A stretch of DNA of 64,000 nt from contig RHPI01002910.1 of NCBI GenBank assembly GCA_009103225.1, positions 129,123-193,122 of the forward strand, read 5' to 3'. The stretch is from Chlorokybus atmophyticus. Its lineage: Eukaryota > Plantae > Mesostigma and Chlorokybus algae. The translations under genes were made by a program, and so were the position numbers. Below are positions 13,107 through 26,520 of the stretch, piece by piece (position 1 is the first letter of the stretch; each line of letters starts with the position of its first letter). The notes beneath the pieces are model-generated. The model did not search any database. It had not been told where the DNA came from and saw nothing but the letters and a program-made list of their open reading frames with translations.

Positions 13107-16100
13107 TCATGATCCTATAGACAGTACCTTCCGACGCATCTGCTCCACTTTCTGCAGAGCCGCTTGCCGCTCTTGCTCTGTGCTCCCCAAGCGTTCGAGG
13201 TCGGCATTGGCAGCGTTTACTCGTGGTTCCAACAGTTTCGTTACCTGTGACAACAGCTCAATATGGAAAGCCCCACGATACGTGTGCATCACAAGCTTTG
13301 ACTTAGGGTGACTGCTACGCCGCCCAGCAAAAGTATTGGTGCTTGTGATGCACCACAGCCACAAAACCAAGTACTGACCTCCTGTATCGTGCTGTCAACG
13401 GCAGACGCCAACTCCTTGCTCAGTGTGGCCTCAATCTCGTCTGAGAAATTGTCCGCAGCTCGCCGCAGCTTTTGCTTGGTTTCGGACCGTCTTAGAGGCA
13501 ACCTCAGCACGCCAAACCACCTGCCATGCCAAGTTGGTATCATAAAACTACAGCAAGCAAAGCATGTAATGCATTGCTGTATTAAATTAAGCACTACTGT
13601 TTCTCTGGCAAAGCATGGCAGAGTTGTACATCTGGTCATGGAAACACAACTTACATGGCGACACCACCCACTGCAAGTGCCAGCAAATCTTCTGCTGTAC
13701 TTTGCAGCACCGTCGTCAGCAGATAGGACACTGCAAGGGCTCCTCCACCCGCTCCAGCAGTACCAACGACCTGAGCAAAGCGTGTGAATCTGAGATCACT
13801 GCACGAGGTTGCAACCGCGAGGGCACACTGCTAGCAACAGAACTAAGCAAGTTGCTGCTTACAGCCTCTCGCATCTCCTCATCGAGCAGAAGCGATGCAG
13901 CGCTGGTGTCCAGCAATGCGAGCTTCATGCTGCTACTGGGCTCAACAGAGCGAATGTCAAGTCGCGGCGGAGAATCTGGAAACAGCCCATTCTGGTTTTC
14001 AGGAGCCTCACTTCCCCAGCGCTGCCGAATGAAGTCCATGTAGTACTGCTTCTGATTTTCAACATTTTGCCTGACCCAGTCGCCGTGTGTGCTCACAGCT
14101 TGCTGCAAACAATCAACTTGCAATAAGTTGAGAATGGTCACAGGTTTTTTTTAGCATTATTCACATTATGCTTTTGTGCACGCAACCAGTTGCCAACAGC
14201 GCATACACAAGCTGTGACCCATACAGATAGGCATGGCACCTCACTCCCTACAGCCATGATTATACCTGGACATCCACATCCGCTCCACGAACAACATCTC
14301 TGTCAAAATCGTTACGGACAGGCGACGACGCATTCTTGCCCGCAAATACATATCGTGCCAGAGTAGGAATGTTGCCCAGCTGCAACGTGTCATCCACGAA
14401 CTGTTCAGCACGCTGTGCTGCACTCTTGATGATCCCTGCTACCCGCTTGCGCTGTTCTGCGGAATCAGAACTCATGGCTGCCTTGAACTGGTCCAGCTGA
14501 GATCGCACGGCCTGCCAATACCACAATGACTCATCCTCTCACCACAGCTTGAAGTGACAAGTGTGTAGACAACGAACTGACTGTGCAGACTGTGAAGAGC
14601 AAAACTCAACGACTCCCGTAACCAGAGGTGACATAGACACACCCGCAAGGTACGCAGCTCCTGACTGGCAGCATCGCTTTCCATCTGAAGTGTTCGCCCC
14701 AAACCTTCAAGCAAAGCAGCTGCAACGGCCAATGGGGTTTCCAACTTCAACCGAATGCGTTCACTGTTCTTGCCAGACAGGAAGTCAAAAACAAAATTCT
14801 CCAACGCTTCAAATCGACTGGCCTGCAAATTACAGTTGCTAAGAGACAAGCATGCATTGCATTGCATTGCGAGCTGGCAAGTGCCAAGGCAACCTGCCAG
14901 CGGGGATCGTCCTGGCGTGTAGTTTCGTCTGGGGTTGACAACTTCGCATTGAATGCAAGCTTGGCAGAAACAGGGATGACCATAGCGTCATTAACTCCGA
15001 GTAGCCGTTGTGCATTCGACTTGACAAAGGCTACGACCTCTTGCGCTTGTTCTTGCGTTTCCAGCACGTCGATCTTGTTCAACACAAAGACAACCTTCTT
15101 CCCCCACTGCCTGATGTAGCGCAAGAAGTTCACTTCGCTCTCAGTCATGGCCCGATCTGCACTTAAACAGAACAGCACCAGATCTGACTGTGGCACAAAC
15201 TCCTCCGTTAATCTTTGTTGTCGTTCCAGCACAACATTAGTTCCAGGGGTGTCCACAATGTTGACATCTTTCAAGAAGTCTGCCTGTTAGGGCACGTTCA
15301 AGTCAACAGACATTCATACCACCACGCGACAGACCACAAAACTTTACCTGAACATACTGTATGCAGTTGCCATCGGCTAGCCGGTCCATGCGTTCCTCCT
15401 TGTTCGAGGCGGCATAGCGCACTGTACAAATCTCGTTGGTAGTAGGCAATATGCCCTCCTTCAATGAACGCCGTCCCAGTAGGGCGTTGATGAATGATGA
15501 TTTGCCAGAGTTGAACTCTCCCACCACAACAATCAAGAAAAAGTCATCCAACTGCTTTACAGCGCTGCGCATGAGAGACAGCTCGGGCAGTTGTGGTGTT
15601 GACTGCTCCAAAAACTTGAGAACATCTTGAAGCAAAGCACGTTCTTCTGCAATGGCTGCTTCCGCTTCCTTATTCAACAAGTGACGCTCTGCTTTTGAAT
15701 TCTTCCTTGGGCTGCTTGTTCGCTGTGGCGTTCGATTGACAAACTGCGCCAGTCCGCCCTTTTGCTTCAGAGCCTGCACGATACGAAGTTGTTGTGTGCG
15801 TGCCAGTTCACCACAACCTCAAACGATGCTTGTTTCTCGACCACATGGATTGCAATGCTGCACATGCATCGTTATCTACCACGCCAGCGCTCAACACAGA
15901 GTGCAAACCGCAATACCTTGCGCATAACTTCCAGGGTCAGACACAAGCCGTCAGCACCCTGCTGCATTGCAGTAGAAGCTTGCTGCAGCTCTGCGGTATT
16001 GACCACGACGGGTATGCTCACACGTTGCCTCAGCGCTGCGACATGGCTCAGGTCCTAACACACCGTGAGTCAGCGTGATGGATTTGCTCTGAGAATTCAC

Positions 16101-17554
16101 TTGGAAGTTGCTTATACCAGCTCAACATCGGTACAGCAACGCTATGGCCACTCGAGACTTTGCACGAAAGTTGTGGCTTTTGGAATGTGTGTTCTCAACA
16201 ACATACCCGACTAAGAATTGATCACATCTATGCTTCCAGGCATCACTAGTGATGTTAGTGATGTATGTGTGACATGTGTACGCAGAACTATGCATTCTTT
16301 GGAACTACGAGCGCAGAAACAAGTGTTGTCCACTGCTGCGCCAACGATGCTAGACATACGTGGCACAGTCAACCTTTGCTTATACGCAGCACACGCTGGT
16401 CAGAGACATCACACTAGTGAACCTCCATACAGCTCACCTTCACGTCAAAAATGATAAAGTCAGCACCTTCCTTGGCAGCAACAGCTCCTTCCTCAACGCT
16501 TGTGACACGTCTTGCTATGAGAGGCAGATCTGATGTATCAGTATTGGACACACCTTGCATCATCCTCCTGGCAACGATGGTCGGCAGTCCTGAGTGCCAG
16601 TGTGCCATGAGAACACTGTGTAAAGCACAGCGAATCCATCTTGTGGTTGTTTTGTGCATAGCAACCCACCCGTGTTGGACAGGACGACTCCATCTGTGCC
16701 AGCGGCACCAGCAATGTCTGGTCTGTCACTCACAAGAAGGACAGCACGTCCTCGTAGCAAAGTTTTCAAGCGGCATGCAGCGTCATACAAGCCACCGCCA
16801 CTGTCCCCTGCAGAGTCATTCAATGACACCTGCAACACGCAGCCACATGTAAGAATACAGAAACAGCATTACAATAGACGCCATGCAGCAACTGCAAGAA
16901 TGTGTTGAAGCACATAGCACACGACACCTGTCCTGCATAAGCTGAGTGCAAAGCTCACCCAACTACATGATTGAAGTGCTTGCATGCGCACCACACCATC
17001 AGAAGGCGGAAACAGTTGGACGATTTGAGCTGAAGATGTAAACATTGTTGCAACTGATCACTTACAGCACAGTGCAGCAAGAGTAGTCAGCTGCTAGAGC
17101 AATGCAGGAACGAGCGCCTGGCGTGAGATTTTGCAAACACTACTGGTTCAGCCCATGCATGTGCTTGGCTTCACGCTTGGCTCACCATTGTAACACCGCC
17201 GGCAATGGCGCTGCGGATCTCCTCTTCAGTGAGGCCATTTGCACGAGACGTTTTCAGATCAATCAGCAGCGCAGGTATGTCGACTTCGGCCCTTCGTTTC
17301 CCAGCAGGGAATGCTCCAGTTCCCACGCTGCTATTGCTGCTGCTACTGAGGCCTCCGCTTCCCACAGCCTGCACAGTGACGGCGAGCGGTCTCCTCTTTG
17401 CACACCAACACCTGCGCCTGGAGCTCGTCCAAGTCTTGCGTGAGTGGGTCACAGCCGACAGTGGCGAGGACCCTGCCGACGACGACGCCCTAGCCCTGGC
17501 AATGCCAGCCGCCACTGGCGCCCCCAATGCCACCACCAGCATGCCGGCGCTCAT
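13107..17554 (-). CDS. FZL: Chloroplast dynamin-like GTPase FZL (FZO-like) with N-terminal thiamine-phosphate-synthase-like domain
   Basis: Transit-peptide-like N-terminus; TMP-synthase-like segment (LLVSDRPDIAGAAGTDGVVLS); G1 GEFNSGKSSFINALLG, G3 IVDTPGTN, G4 FVLNKID; C-terminal hydrophobic segments; about 11 exons. Confidence 0.92.
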
Positions 17555-17844
17555 GGCAAATGGCTGCTGAGATCAGCAAGCAGGGAGGACTACCCCACCC
17601 ACCCACCAGTTCTCAAGCAGCAGCAGCCTCACATCAGCTCATCTTCAGCACCACATCCTCTGCATGCAAGGACAGGAAACAGCCTCGCGAGCAGGCCGAG
17701 CCAGCAGCTGGAGAACGACCTCGCCAGACACACCGCCGCCGCCAACGCCGCCGACGCCAGCGCCAAAGCCGTTCCCGCCGGCTAGCAAGAATTTCTCCGC
17801 CCAGAGCTGAATTTCAAAACATTTGCTTTTTCAAGGGGGAGCCA

Positions 17845-17875
17845 AAACCCTAGCGCGGATTGGCTGAGCCAATTT
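17845..17875. promoter_or_regulatory. Telo-box (AAACCCTA) and paired CCAAT boxes in the FZL / neighbour bidirectional promoter
   Basis: AAACCCTA at 17845-17852 followed by ATTGGCTGAGCCAAT, between divergent ATGs at 17554 and 18110. Confidence 0.45.
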
Positions 17876-18109
17876 GGTTGAGATCGATATCAATTGGGTC
17901 ACACTGTGGCAACGCAATATCGTTGCCGATGTGGCTGCTGTCGTGAGAGTTGTTGGGGTAGGCGTCACTGTGGGCACGCATGGCGGCGATGCTGCCGTGG
18001 CGGATCACCTGCCAGTGGACAAGTGGGTTGGTAGGACGCATGTGAGAGCAAAGTGGCAGGAGCAGCAAGCTTACAAGGAGGAGGAGGAGGAAGGTTGGGT
18101 GAAAAAGGC

Positions 18110-21100
18110 ATGGCCGGTTTGCAAGCTTCTGCTCTGTCGGTTGTGGTGGCGCACTCGCCGAGCCTAAAGCTGCTTACAAGGAGGCTGCTCGAGGCGGAGC
18201 AGCAGCATCACCTTCACCGCCGCCGCCGATTTGGCCTGCGTGTGCCAGCTAGCAAGCAGCGCTGCGCTGCAGCCGCGGCGTTGCGGCACCGGAGAAGGGC
18301 TGGTTGTGCTTGCTGTGTCGGAAGCTCAGCAGCCGGTGATGGAGCGGAAAGCAGCAACGACGAACAGGTGCTTGAGCATGCATAAGCAGCGTGCGCAGGC
18401 GTCGTGTAAACTTGTCTTGAGCACGCGCAGCCACTGCTGGATGATTTGCATGGGCAGCGTGCGTTCTGGCCGTAACCTTCGTGCTGATCAGAAGTTACAA
18501 AATCTTGTAGCGCTCTCTCGTATGGCAAAACAGTGCTATGACTGGCTGGGTTACGTGCAAGCAATTGTGCATTTTGTGTTACTGGTGTTCGATGCGATTA
18601 GCAATCCGGGATTAGGGATTTTATTATTCTTTGTGCAGTAGAACGTCCAGCTTGCCATACGTTCATTTGCATGCAAGTACCGCTCTTTCAAACAGGTACA
18701 CGCACGCAATGTGGTGTGCAGTCCATGCTAACGGTCTTTGCTGTCATTATGTTTTGTAGCAGCACGTCAGCTTGCCACATGTTCAATGCATGCATGCAAG
18801 CAGAACCTTTATAATCGAACATCACACATGCACACCTTGATACATGCACTGATTGTGTGCCTATGGTTGTCTGTGCACGCAGCCAGATAGCCTACAATCA
18901 GCGGCAGCCAACGCTGCAAACGCTGTGCCATCTTCGTCCCCTGCCGACGATGCTGCCGCAGAGGCATTTACGTCAAGTTTAGATGCAGAACCCAGCCCAT
19001 CATCAGGGCAATCCACTTCTATACTTGGAGATGCTGCTTTCTTGCGCCGACTAGTCGCTTCAAAGGATGCGGACGCACTGATTGCTGCTGTAGATGAGGC
19101 TGTACACGTAGAGGGTGCAAGGGTTCTCAGCAGTGAGGACTGTGTCAAGCTGATAACAGCCAGCCTGCGCAGTGGGAACGCTGATCTTGCACTGTCTGTT
19201 TTCGATGCCATGCGTGCTTCAAGCAGACTTGGCTCACAAAGTACAGAAGGTTTGTTCCTGGCTCCCTCAAAACCCCTGTCTTGCGCGTGTGCCTGCATTT
19301 TTCCCTCACCTGATTGCACCTGCCTACATAATTGCATAGCGCAGTGTTAATGAGTCTGTGTTGCTTGACAGATGTGTGGGGTTGGCGATGGCCAGCTCCA
19401 GATGCTGCAACCCAGGCAGGTGCCTTACAGGAAACTGGGCCTGCTAGCGCTCCACAAGCTCATGTCTGGCAACTGACACGTGGTAAGTTGCAGGTTGCTT
19501 TGGTACGAGGTCTGGCAGCAGCACTACGAGTTCGGGATGCACTCACTGCTGTGAGCAGTTTGCGTCGCGGCGGAAGACTGTCGGAAGAGGTGTTTTCTAT
19601 AATCCAATTCAGCACGCAGCAGTACAGTGGTAGCGTGATTCAGCAAGAAAACAATTGTGTGTGGCAGGTTGCTTTTGGCCGAGTAGTTGACTGCCCAAGA
19701 TGCAAGAAGCCACTGACTGTCGTCCAGCCACAAGAGGGAAGGCAGGTAACATTGCTACAGGAACTGCTTACTGCTGCTTATGGCAGTTAGGGCTTATCTG
19801 CATGACCGACTTCTTACTACTGGTGTTGTTGGACAATGGACCATGCAGGTAGCACCTTGCTGCATATGTTGCTACGAGTACGAGCTTGTGTCAGGGGACC
19901 TTACGAGGATAGAGTCAGAGGCTTTAAGGTAAGTACTGGTCTTCCGACCTATCTGCCTTGCAAGCTCAGTATGCTGCATTCTGCATGTCATTACACAGCT
20001 CTTAGCGCTCACTGGCTGTTGGGCCCTGGGCGCTGTGTTGTAGCCCTGAAGCAGGTGCTTGGAAGACTGTCGCACGGGTGTTGAGGTTGAGAAAGCCTGC
20101 GCCCGCTGCAGTGCACTCACTCCTGGTGAGAAGTGGTTGAAGCACACGACCGTATGCACTCACTGTTGCTAGAACGGTCTGTTATGCATCAACAACACGC
20201 ACATCCAAAGCATGCGGACGTGCATCTGTGCAAGCCGCCAAGATGACCAACTGACTGATATCTTAGCCCCCCCTCCCCCTTTGCTGCGTGCACGTCCTCC
20301 TCCCTTGTAGCCCTCCCATCCCGGGGCTTCATTTGCAGGCAACTTGATGTAGTAACAAGGTTGCTACAGCAGTGGTTGAGAAGCTTATCGACCTCAACTG
20401 CGTCAAAGTTGTTGTTCATGATGCACAGATTGAAACAGTTGTTGCTTGTGGCTGCATTCTAGTCGTGAGCTGTAGCGTGGGTGAAAGCGGTAAAAAGTTG
20501 TGTATGCTGTATATACTCAGGGCTGTTGAACAACACGTTGTTGCTTGCAGCTGTCAGCACCAGACGGTATGGCCAGGACTTTCAGGTTTGCGACAGACTC
20601 TTCAGAAGTGCCAGCGCAAGAGGGGGAACGGGTCACTGTGGCTGCCGCTGCTCCTCGGGAGGCAACAGGTAGACAATGCAAATTTGAGTTTGCGCTTGAT
20701 CATCATGTTGGGCATGAGCCCTGCAACCAGCAGTTTGTCGGATTGAGAGTTGTCGACTGCTGGCCGGTGTAGCTCCGTGTATAGTAAGCTTTGCCATGCA
20801 GGTGCCATGTTGAACAGACCTGCACGAGCTCCTGGTTTGGCCGAGAGTGAGCCCATGTCCATTACGAATCATAACACTGGCAGAACTTTAGGACTGTCAA
20901 GAGCACCGCCACCTTCAGGTTTGTCTGCATGGAGTGCATGCTTGTATTTTTGCTAGGCTTCTGTAGAAATTGGCTGGCCAATCATGTTATGTATTGCAGG
21001 GCAGCAGCAGGGTCCTGGGGCTGCTTGGTTTCCTATCATACTTGCGCTGATTGGAACAGATGCACTCAGCGCATTTGTCGACCCAACAATGCCCCGTCTT

Positions 21101-22410
21101 CTAGCCTCTCTTGTTGTCGGCAGCATAGTTGCAGCTGCTGTGGGCAATACGTTTGTTGTTCCCCGTCTCAACCAGGTATCAGCCCCCCCACCCCCCACCC
21201 CCCACCCCCCACACATAACTACAACAACATTGCCACCAAAAAAGTAAACAACCAGCTGGTGCGCATGCACAATGACCCCACCTGCACACACTAGTCTCCT
21301 GTCTGCCAGAGGTTGCAGGCATGGTGCAAAACCAGTTCTTCTCCTGATAAGTTATCAGGCGATGCACTGAGTCTTGGAGTACTAGTTAGCCCCAAGGCAA
21401 CACGTCATACTCGGATGTCACTGCTGTAGCTTCATTGGGTTTTCTGCTGCAGCTTTCTTCAAGGTCGATTGAGCGCGGAGCGGTTCGGCAAAAACTGCTT
21501 GAACAGCATGATGCGCTGGAAAAGCGGCTTGCAGAACTCACAGAAGCAGCCAGTGCTGAGGTGATACACTTCACATGCTATGTGTATGGTTGCACGTACA
21601 TGCCTCTACAATGGGTACGTCTGGGTTTTCAGGTGCGAACAATCGCCAAGCTTTGGCAACTTGAAAATAAAATGGAGGCTGTTGGGCAGCAGTCCTACAG
21701 GTATTGGCCACTTGACACCATTATTGCGCATGTGCAGTAAGGATGCTCAAGGTTGACGCGTGTAAAAACCACACGTCCACAGTGGCTGCATCTGGACTGA
21801 TCTGATGTTTCTTTTTGCTTGTAGTGCGCGCATTGATCGTGTACGTAATGCAAGGCAAGGGCTAGATGAAAGGCTTGCCAGCAGGCTTGAATTGATTGAT
21901 TCCTATGCCAAGGTCCAACCTAGCACAACGCACACGCTTTCAGCAGGTTTACAAACAAGGTGTATGCTAACCAACCCCTGCCCGCAGGTAGCTGCCATGA
22001 TTGAGATCGAGGTGGAGATGGATGCTGATGTGCCAGCTGCAGAGATGACTGTTGCAGTGGTAAGTCTCCATCAATTCATGTAAAGCAGTTGAGCAGCAAT
22101 TGTTTGATGAGCCAAGCAATGTTGTGGCCATCTTTATTTCTGATGACTGCTTGCACTTCAGGACGGTATTACAGAACAAATAACTCGGTTGATGGAGGTG
22201 GAGAGCTTGCAACAGGTCCACATTGTTGCATCTTGCAATGTGCCTGAGTACTTTGCAGTCTGTCACACTCATGTCAGGGGCTCTCTGCCCAGTTGTTGAT
22301 GGTTGTTGGTTGACTGGCAGGAGTGGCAATGGCAAGCTGAAGCCAATGAGGAGGTGGAAAGGCTTCTACGCTCTGAGCCAGCTCTCAAAGAGTCAATGCG
22401 TGCTGCTTGA
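18110..22410 (+). CDS. Conserved plastid-type protein with N-terminal PPR-like helical repeat, CxxC segment, hydrophobic segments and C-terminal coiled coil (resembles Arabidopsis At1g64430-type proteins)
   Basis: ATG 18110 with a Ser/Ala/Arg-rich transit-like leader. Exons give NADLALSVFDAMRAS, VVDCPRCKKPL, RTFRFATDSSEVPAQEGERVT, LELIDSYAKVAAMIEIEVEMDADV and WQWQAEANEEVERLL; TGA 22408-22410. Family assignment is from memory only. Confidence 0.65.
21183..21210 (-). repeat. (C6A)4 tract, G-quadruplex-forming on the minus strand, intronic
   Basis: cccccccaccccccaccccccacccccc. Confidence 0.85.
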
Positions 22411-23279
22411 GCACTTGATGACTGTCTTGTAACATATTGAAACATGTACATCGCAATCCAAGCTGCGCAACACACCTGTGCTTTGCGAGCAGTTAAGGTT
22501 TGGTGCCAAGTTTGCTCCGCATACAAACCAGTCCTCCACGAGTTGTCTTGCAACATGCCCGTTGTTACTTAATCCATAGACCGCATAGAAATCTAGTGCC
22601 ATACTATACTAATCTGTTTACAAGCACGCTTTTGCGTCCCATATCTTACACGCTTTGCACAGTGGATGTGCATGTATGTGCATGCATACAAGCATTGGAA
22701 TCTTGAACAAGATGACACAAGCCACCTATTACATCGTGACATCATGTGTTTCATGCTGAGTTTCAGCAATAATAAGGAATGGTATCGGTACGTTCACCAA
22801 ACACTACTGAAGTTGAAGCTATTGTAGCACGCTTGGGAACATATTACCAAGTGTATCTCATAATAGAAAAAGTATGTCTACCTTGAACGGTGGGCGTAAG
22901 GCCAGACTAAAGCATCAGTTGCCATTGTTGTTGTCGTCATCGTTGCCTCCTATGAAACTGCTTTTGGGCAGGCATGAACCATCTCATGTTGGCCCTGCAC
23001 TCTGCAAGTTGTTGACACTAGCTTGTCATGCTGCTCTGCCTACTCCCACGTCCTGCTTGAGGATCCGCTTAGTGTACAGAATATGCACGTGATGTATGTC
23101 TAAGTAGTCTACAAAGTCTTGGTTGTTTAGTTGTAAAGCACTGTCTTGGCCCCTGCCTGATCTGACATTGGTTGCCTTATTTGCTTATCGTGTGCTTGTG
23201 CATTTGCACATCTTGCCCTCTTGAGCTTGAGCTTGCTGTTAAGCAGCTCTTATGCAAGTTTTGTAAATGGCATAAGAGC

Positions 23280-25220
23280 TGTTTAGATACTACATGAAAT
23301 ATTCTATGCACAATTTGCATGCAACTCCAGAAGGTTGCTTTGACAAGATGGAACTTACGTCTACCATGGTCATGACATACATGAAATAAAAACCGTCCGT
23401 CAGTGCAATGTAATGTACAATATATGTATATGCAATTGGCAAACAATGCATGTTAAGTTTATGTGTCAGCAAGACAAAATACAAGATTTGTTATCTCATT
23501 GCATGTACGATGCATCATATTCTGCACTTAACATTCATTTGCATCAAACTTGTGCTACCAAGTTATCTGTTGGGTGTAAACGATGTTTATAACAATATCG
23601 TGATCCACACATATGTTTCGATACCATAATGTTAATGATATATGTGATATCATGGTAAGTGTGTTTATAAAGTGCTAACATTTGCAATGTTCATGTAGCG
23701 AATTGAGATATGTTATTGTTGGCTCAGGCATATCATATTGTGCATGCATATGGTAGTGTGCACCAAGTAATGTATGATTATATACTTATGACAGATGCAT
23801 GTATATGCATCTGTTATATGCATATATAACATGCACATGTCGTTATACCCTATTTATATAAACGTGATAGCATTATAACTGACTTCATGGATGGAAGCTT
23901 TTAAGGGTGCACAACAGCAAAACCGTTACCTTATTACTTTTCATGCGTCATGGCACGATCATTCTGCATACCCTACCTGCTACATGATTGGATGATAATT
24001 AGATGTTGCGCTACAATTCTTTCTTTAAATGTTAACTTCTTTGCATGAAACCTTCATTGCGCGCATAATGTTTTATGTTAAAAAGGCATCATTGAAAGGT
24101 AACATGTCCGTTTTGCATGCAACTACAATCCAACCTCAGTAAATACATATTTAATAAGGGCATGCCAGCAATTGGCATAAATTTTGCCGTCGTAACGCTT
24201 TTTGGTAATGTTTATGATGAGGTCATCATTAAGATGTTTAGGTATACATTGCCATAGTCTACACAGATACGACCATTGAAAGCATACTTGCACAATCTCG
24301 CAGCTATACATATTGCATACTGCATAATACGCGTATTGATCGTGAATAATATTAAATAAATGTAGCTTAACACCTCTGCGATGTCATGTGCATACCGTGT
24401 AACACATGAAGATTGAGCTGGCAAATAATGGAGAAATACCTTTCCCTGCAGCATGCAATTACTACAGGCAGTTTTCAGTGAGGAAATAAGGGGAAAGATG
24501 CGGGGCCGCCAAATAAGTATGGTGATGGTATAATTAGAAATTGATACTATATGTACATGCATATCGGTATCTAACTTTTCACCCGAGCCGTTTTTCAAGC
24601 CTAAGCTATCACGTTTGCCCATCATCTAGAACCTTATATATTCCAAAATTAGCTTTCGATTTTTATGTAGATATTTGTATTAATTGTGAATAGTATTCAA
24701 TACCGTATACGCATTGTGCAAATTGAGTTGAAATAACTTCTATGAGGTTAAAGTTATTAAAACTTAAGTAAATCAGTGTCGAGTTGCTAATTAAATGCAT
24801 AATAATTTTTGCAGACTATGCGGTCATATAAGTGCATACGTTATGCACTTGAAAAGTGTGCATGATACATGCACCAAAACAAGTTGCACATAAACATTTT
24901 TGTTAAGTGGTACCGATGATGCATATACAGTTATCATTTTTACTCTACTCGGCCCATAAAGATTCAGCCTTCAAATATAAATCCCTCATAGACATCCGTC
25001 ATCCCTCATAGACATAACCACTTAAGAAATTGGTGGTTCACCTCGCAAATATTGATAGAGACTATCACTTATTGATTGAGGCTATCACTCATACTCACAT
25101 GACATGTATGATTAGAATCTTCATTGAGTCTAATGTATACGGTATATAATATACCATATAATAGTCGACGATTTATCACACGGTATGCCCTTGCATCCAG
25201 GCTTAATTTGGGTCCTACCA
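23280..25220. other. AT-rich island 2 (about 33% GC), probable decayed repeat or foreign DNA
   Basis: Hand count of 23581-23760 gives 33% GC. Several short hairpins lie in or at its edge (23244-23281, 23791-23814), with a tandem ATCCCTCATAGACAT near 24980-25015 and a residual 137-codon minus-strand ORF 24212..24625. Confidence 0.7.
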
Positions 25221-25696
25221 TCTGATGATGTTCATTGTGTACCTGTCAGACTCACACATGTGTGTGGTTAGGGTTCATAGCTCAGGTACGTCACGAGGCC
25301 ACACACGCATGCACGAGACCCGCAGCTCAGCAAGCGAGAGAGCTGCTCTGCGCCTCCTCGCGTGCACCGGGGACCGGTCGCCTCTCACCTTCCATTGCCC
25401 TCGCGTACACGTCATACGCATGCGCGCGCACGTGACACCTCTCGGCAGAGGCGCGCACCGCAGCTGGTACGACAATGCCACTCCTGGTTCGTACATGTAC
25501 CGCATAACTATCCTAGTCTCTCATGACGGCGCGCAATGCTCGCCTTGTGATCATCATTGCTATGTACGGGCTGGAAGCTGGCCGGTCCATTGCTGCTCCC
25601 CGCAATCACATGTGACAATGAACCCGTCATGCAGTGCAAAGCCACACAACAAGAGCAAGAACCAGCCTGTAAAGTGCCGCCTGCTGCATGCATGCG

Positions 25697-25739
25697 TTCC
25701 AGTAAAGCGTGCGTGCCTGGCACGCACGCTGTACTGGAA
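25697..25739. repeat. 43-nt near-perfect palindrome
   Basis: TTCCAGTAAAGCGTGCGTGCC-t-GGCACGCACGCTGTACTGGAA, 21-bp stem with one mismatch. Confidence 0.9.
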
Positions 25740-26520
25740 ATTCAGTGTCCTCAAAGGGCTCTGAAGGTGCCTGTATCAGTTGTAAGGGTACTATGGGGGC
25801 CATGCATGTCGCATGAGAGCTGTGGCGGCGATCCACCACCGGTTCTACCTTAAAGTTACCGGTAGGCCTGATGGCTATGTTACCAGAGCCATGCATGACG
25901 GTTTTGTCGGCTAGTCCCCACAAACCCGGAGCTATTATCGACACACCACAGAGCAAGTCATGTTATTTTATGACTTTCCCCTATTACAGCCTATGATTGT
26001 GAGGCATCTTTCTTGGCGCATTCTTCCTACCTATGCAGTCACGTGGGGTGAGGTAGCCAAGGCGTGCGTGTCGGTCACGTCATCTCAAGACACGCCAAGG
26101 AGCAGTGTTGGTGTTAGAGGCTTTGTGTGATACCAAGCAAAGTCTCAAAGGTGCCAAGTTAGAGGGGCCGCTGGTGCTAGTACTACTACGTGTCCTAGTT
26201 TTAATGCACTGTACTATGCGTAGCCGTCCGGCCCCTTGCGAGGTAGATAGAGAAGCCCACAAACCTTTCTTCTGAGATGCATACGTGCACTGCTGCTACA
26301 CTGTGTGGGCCTACCTGCCTTTTGCCTTGGCATCTCTCTCAGCATGCAGCAGGGGCCGCCAGAGGACGAGCAGGAGGAGGAGGAGGAGTAGGGCTAAGTG
26401 TCAGTCTACGTGTGCATAGGGATACACATCGTATGTGTGTGAGAGGGTACACTGAAAGAAAGACACAGGCACACAGACACAGACACAGAGCGAAGGAGAC
26501 AGGAGGAGAGAGTGGCATAG

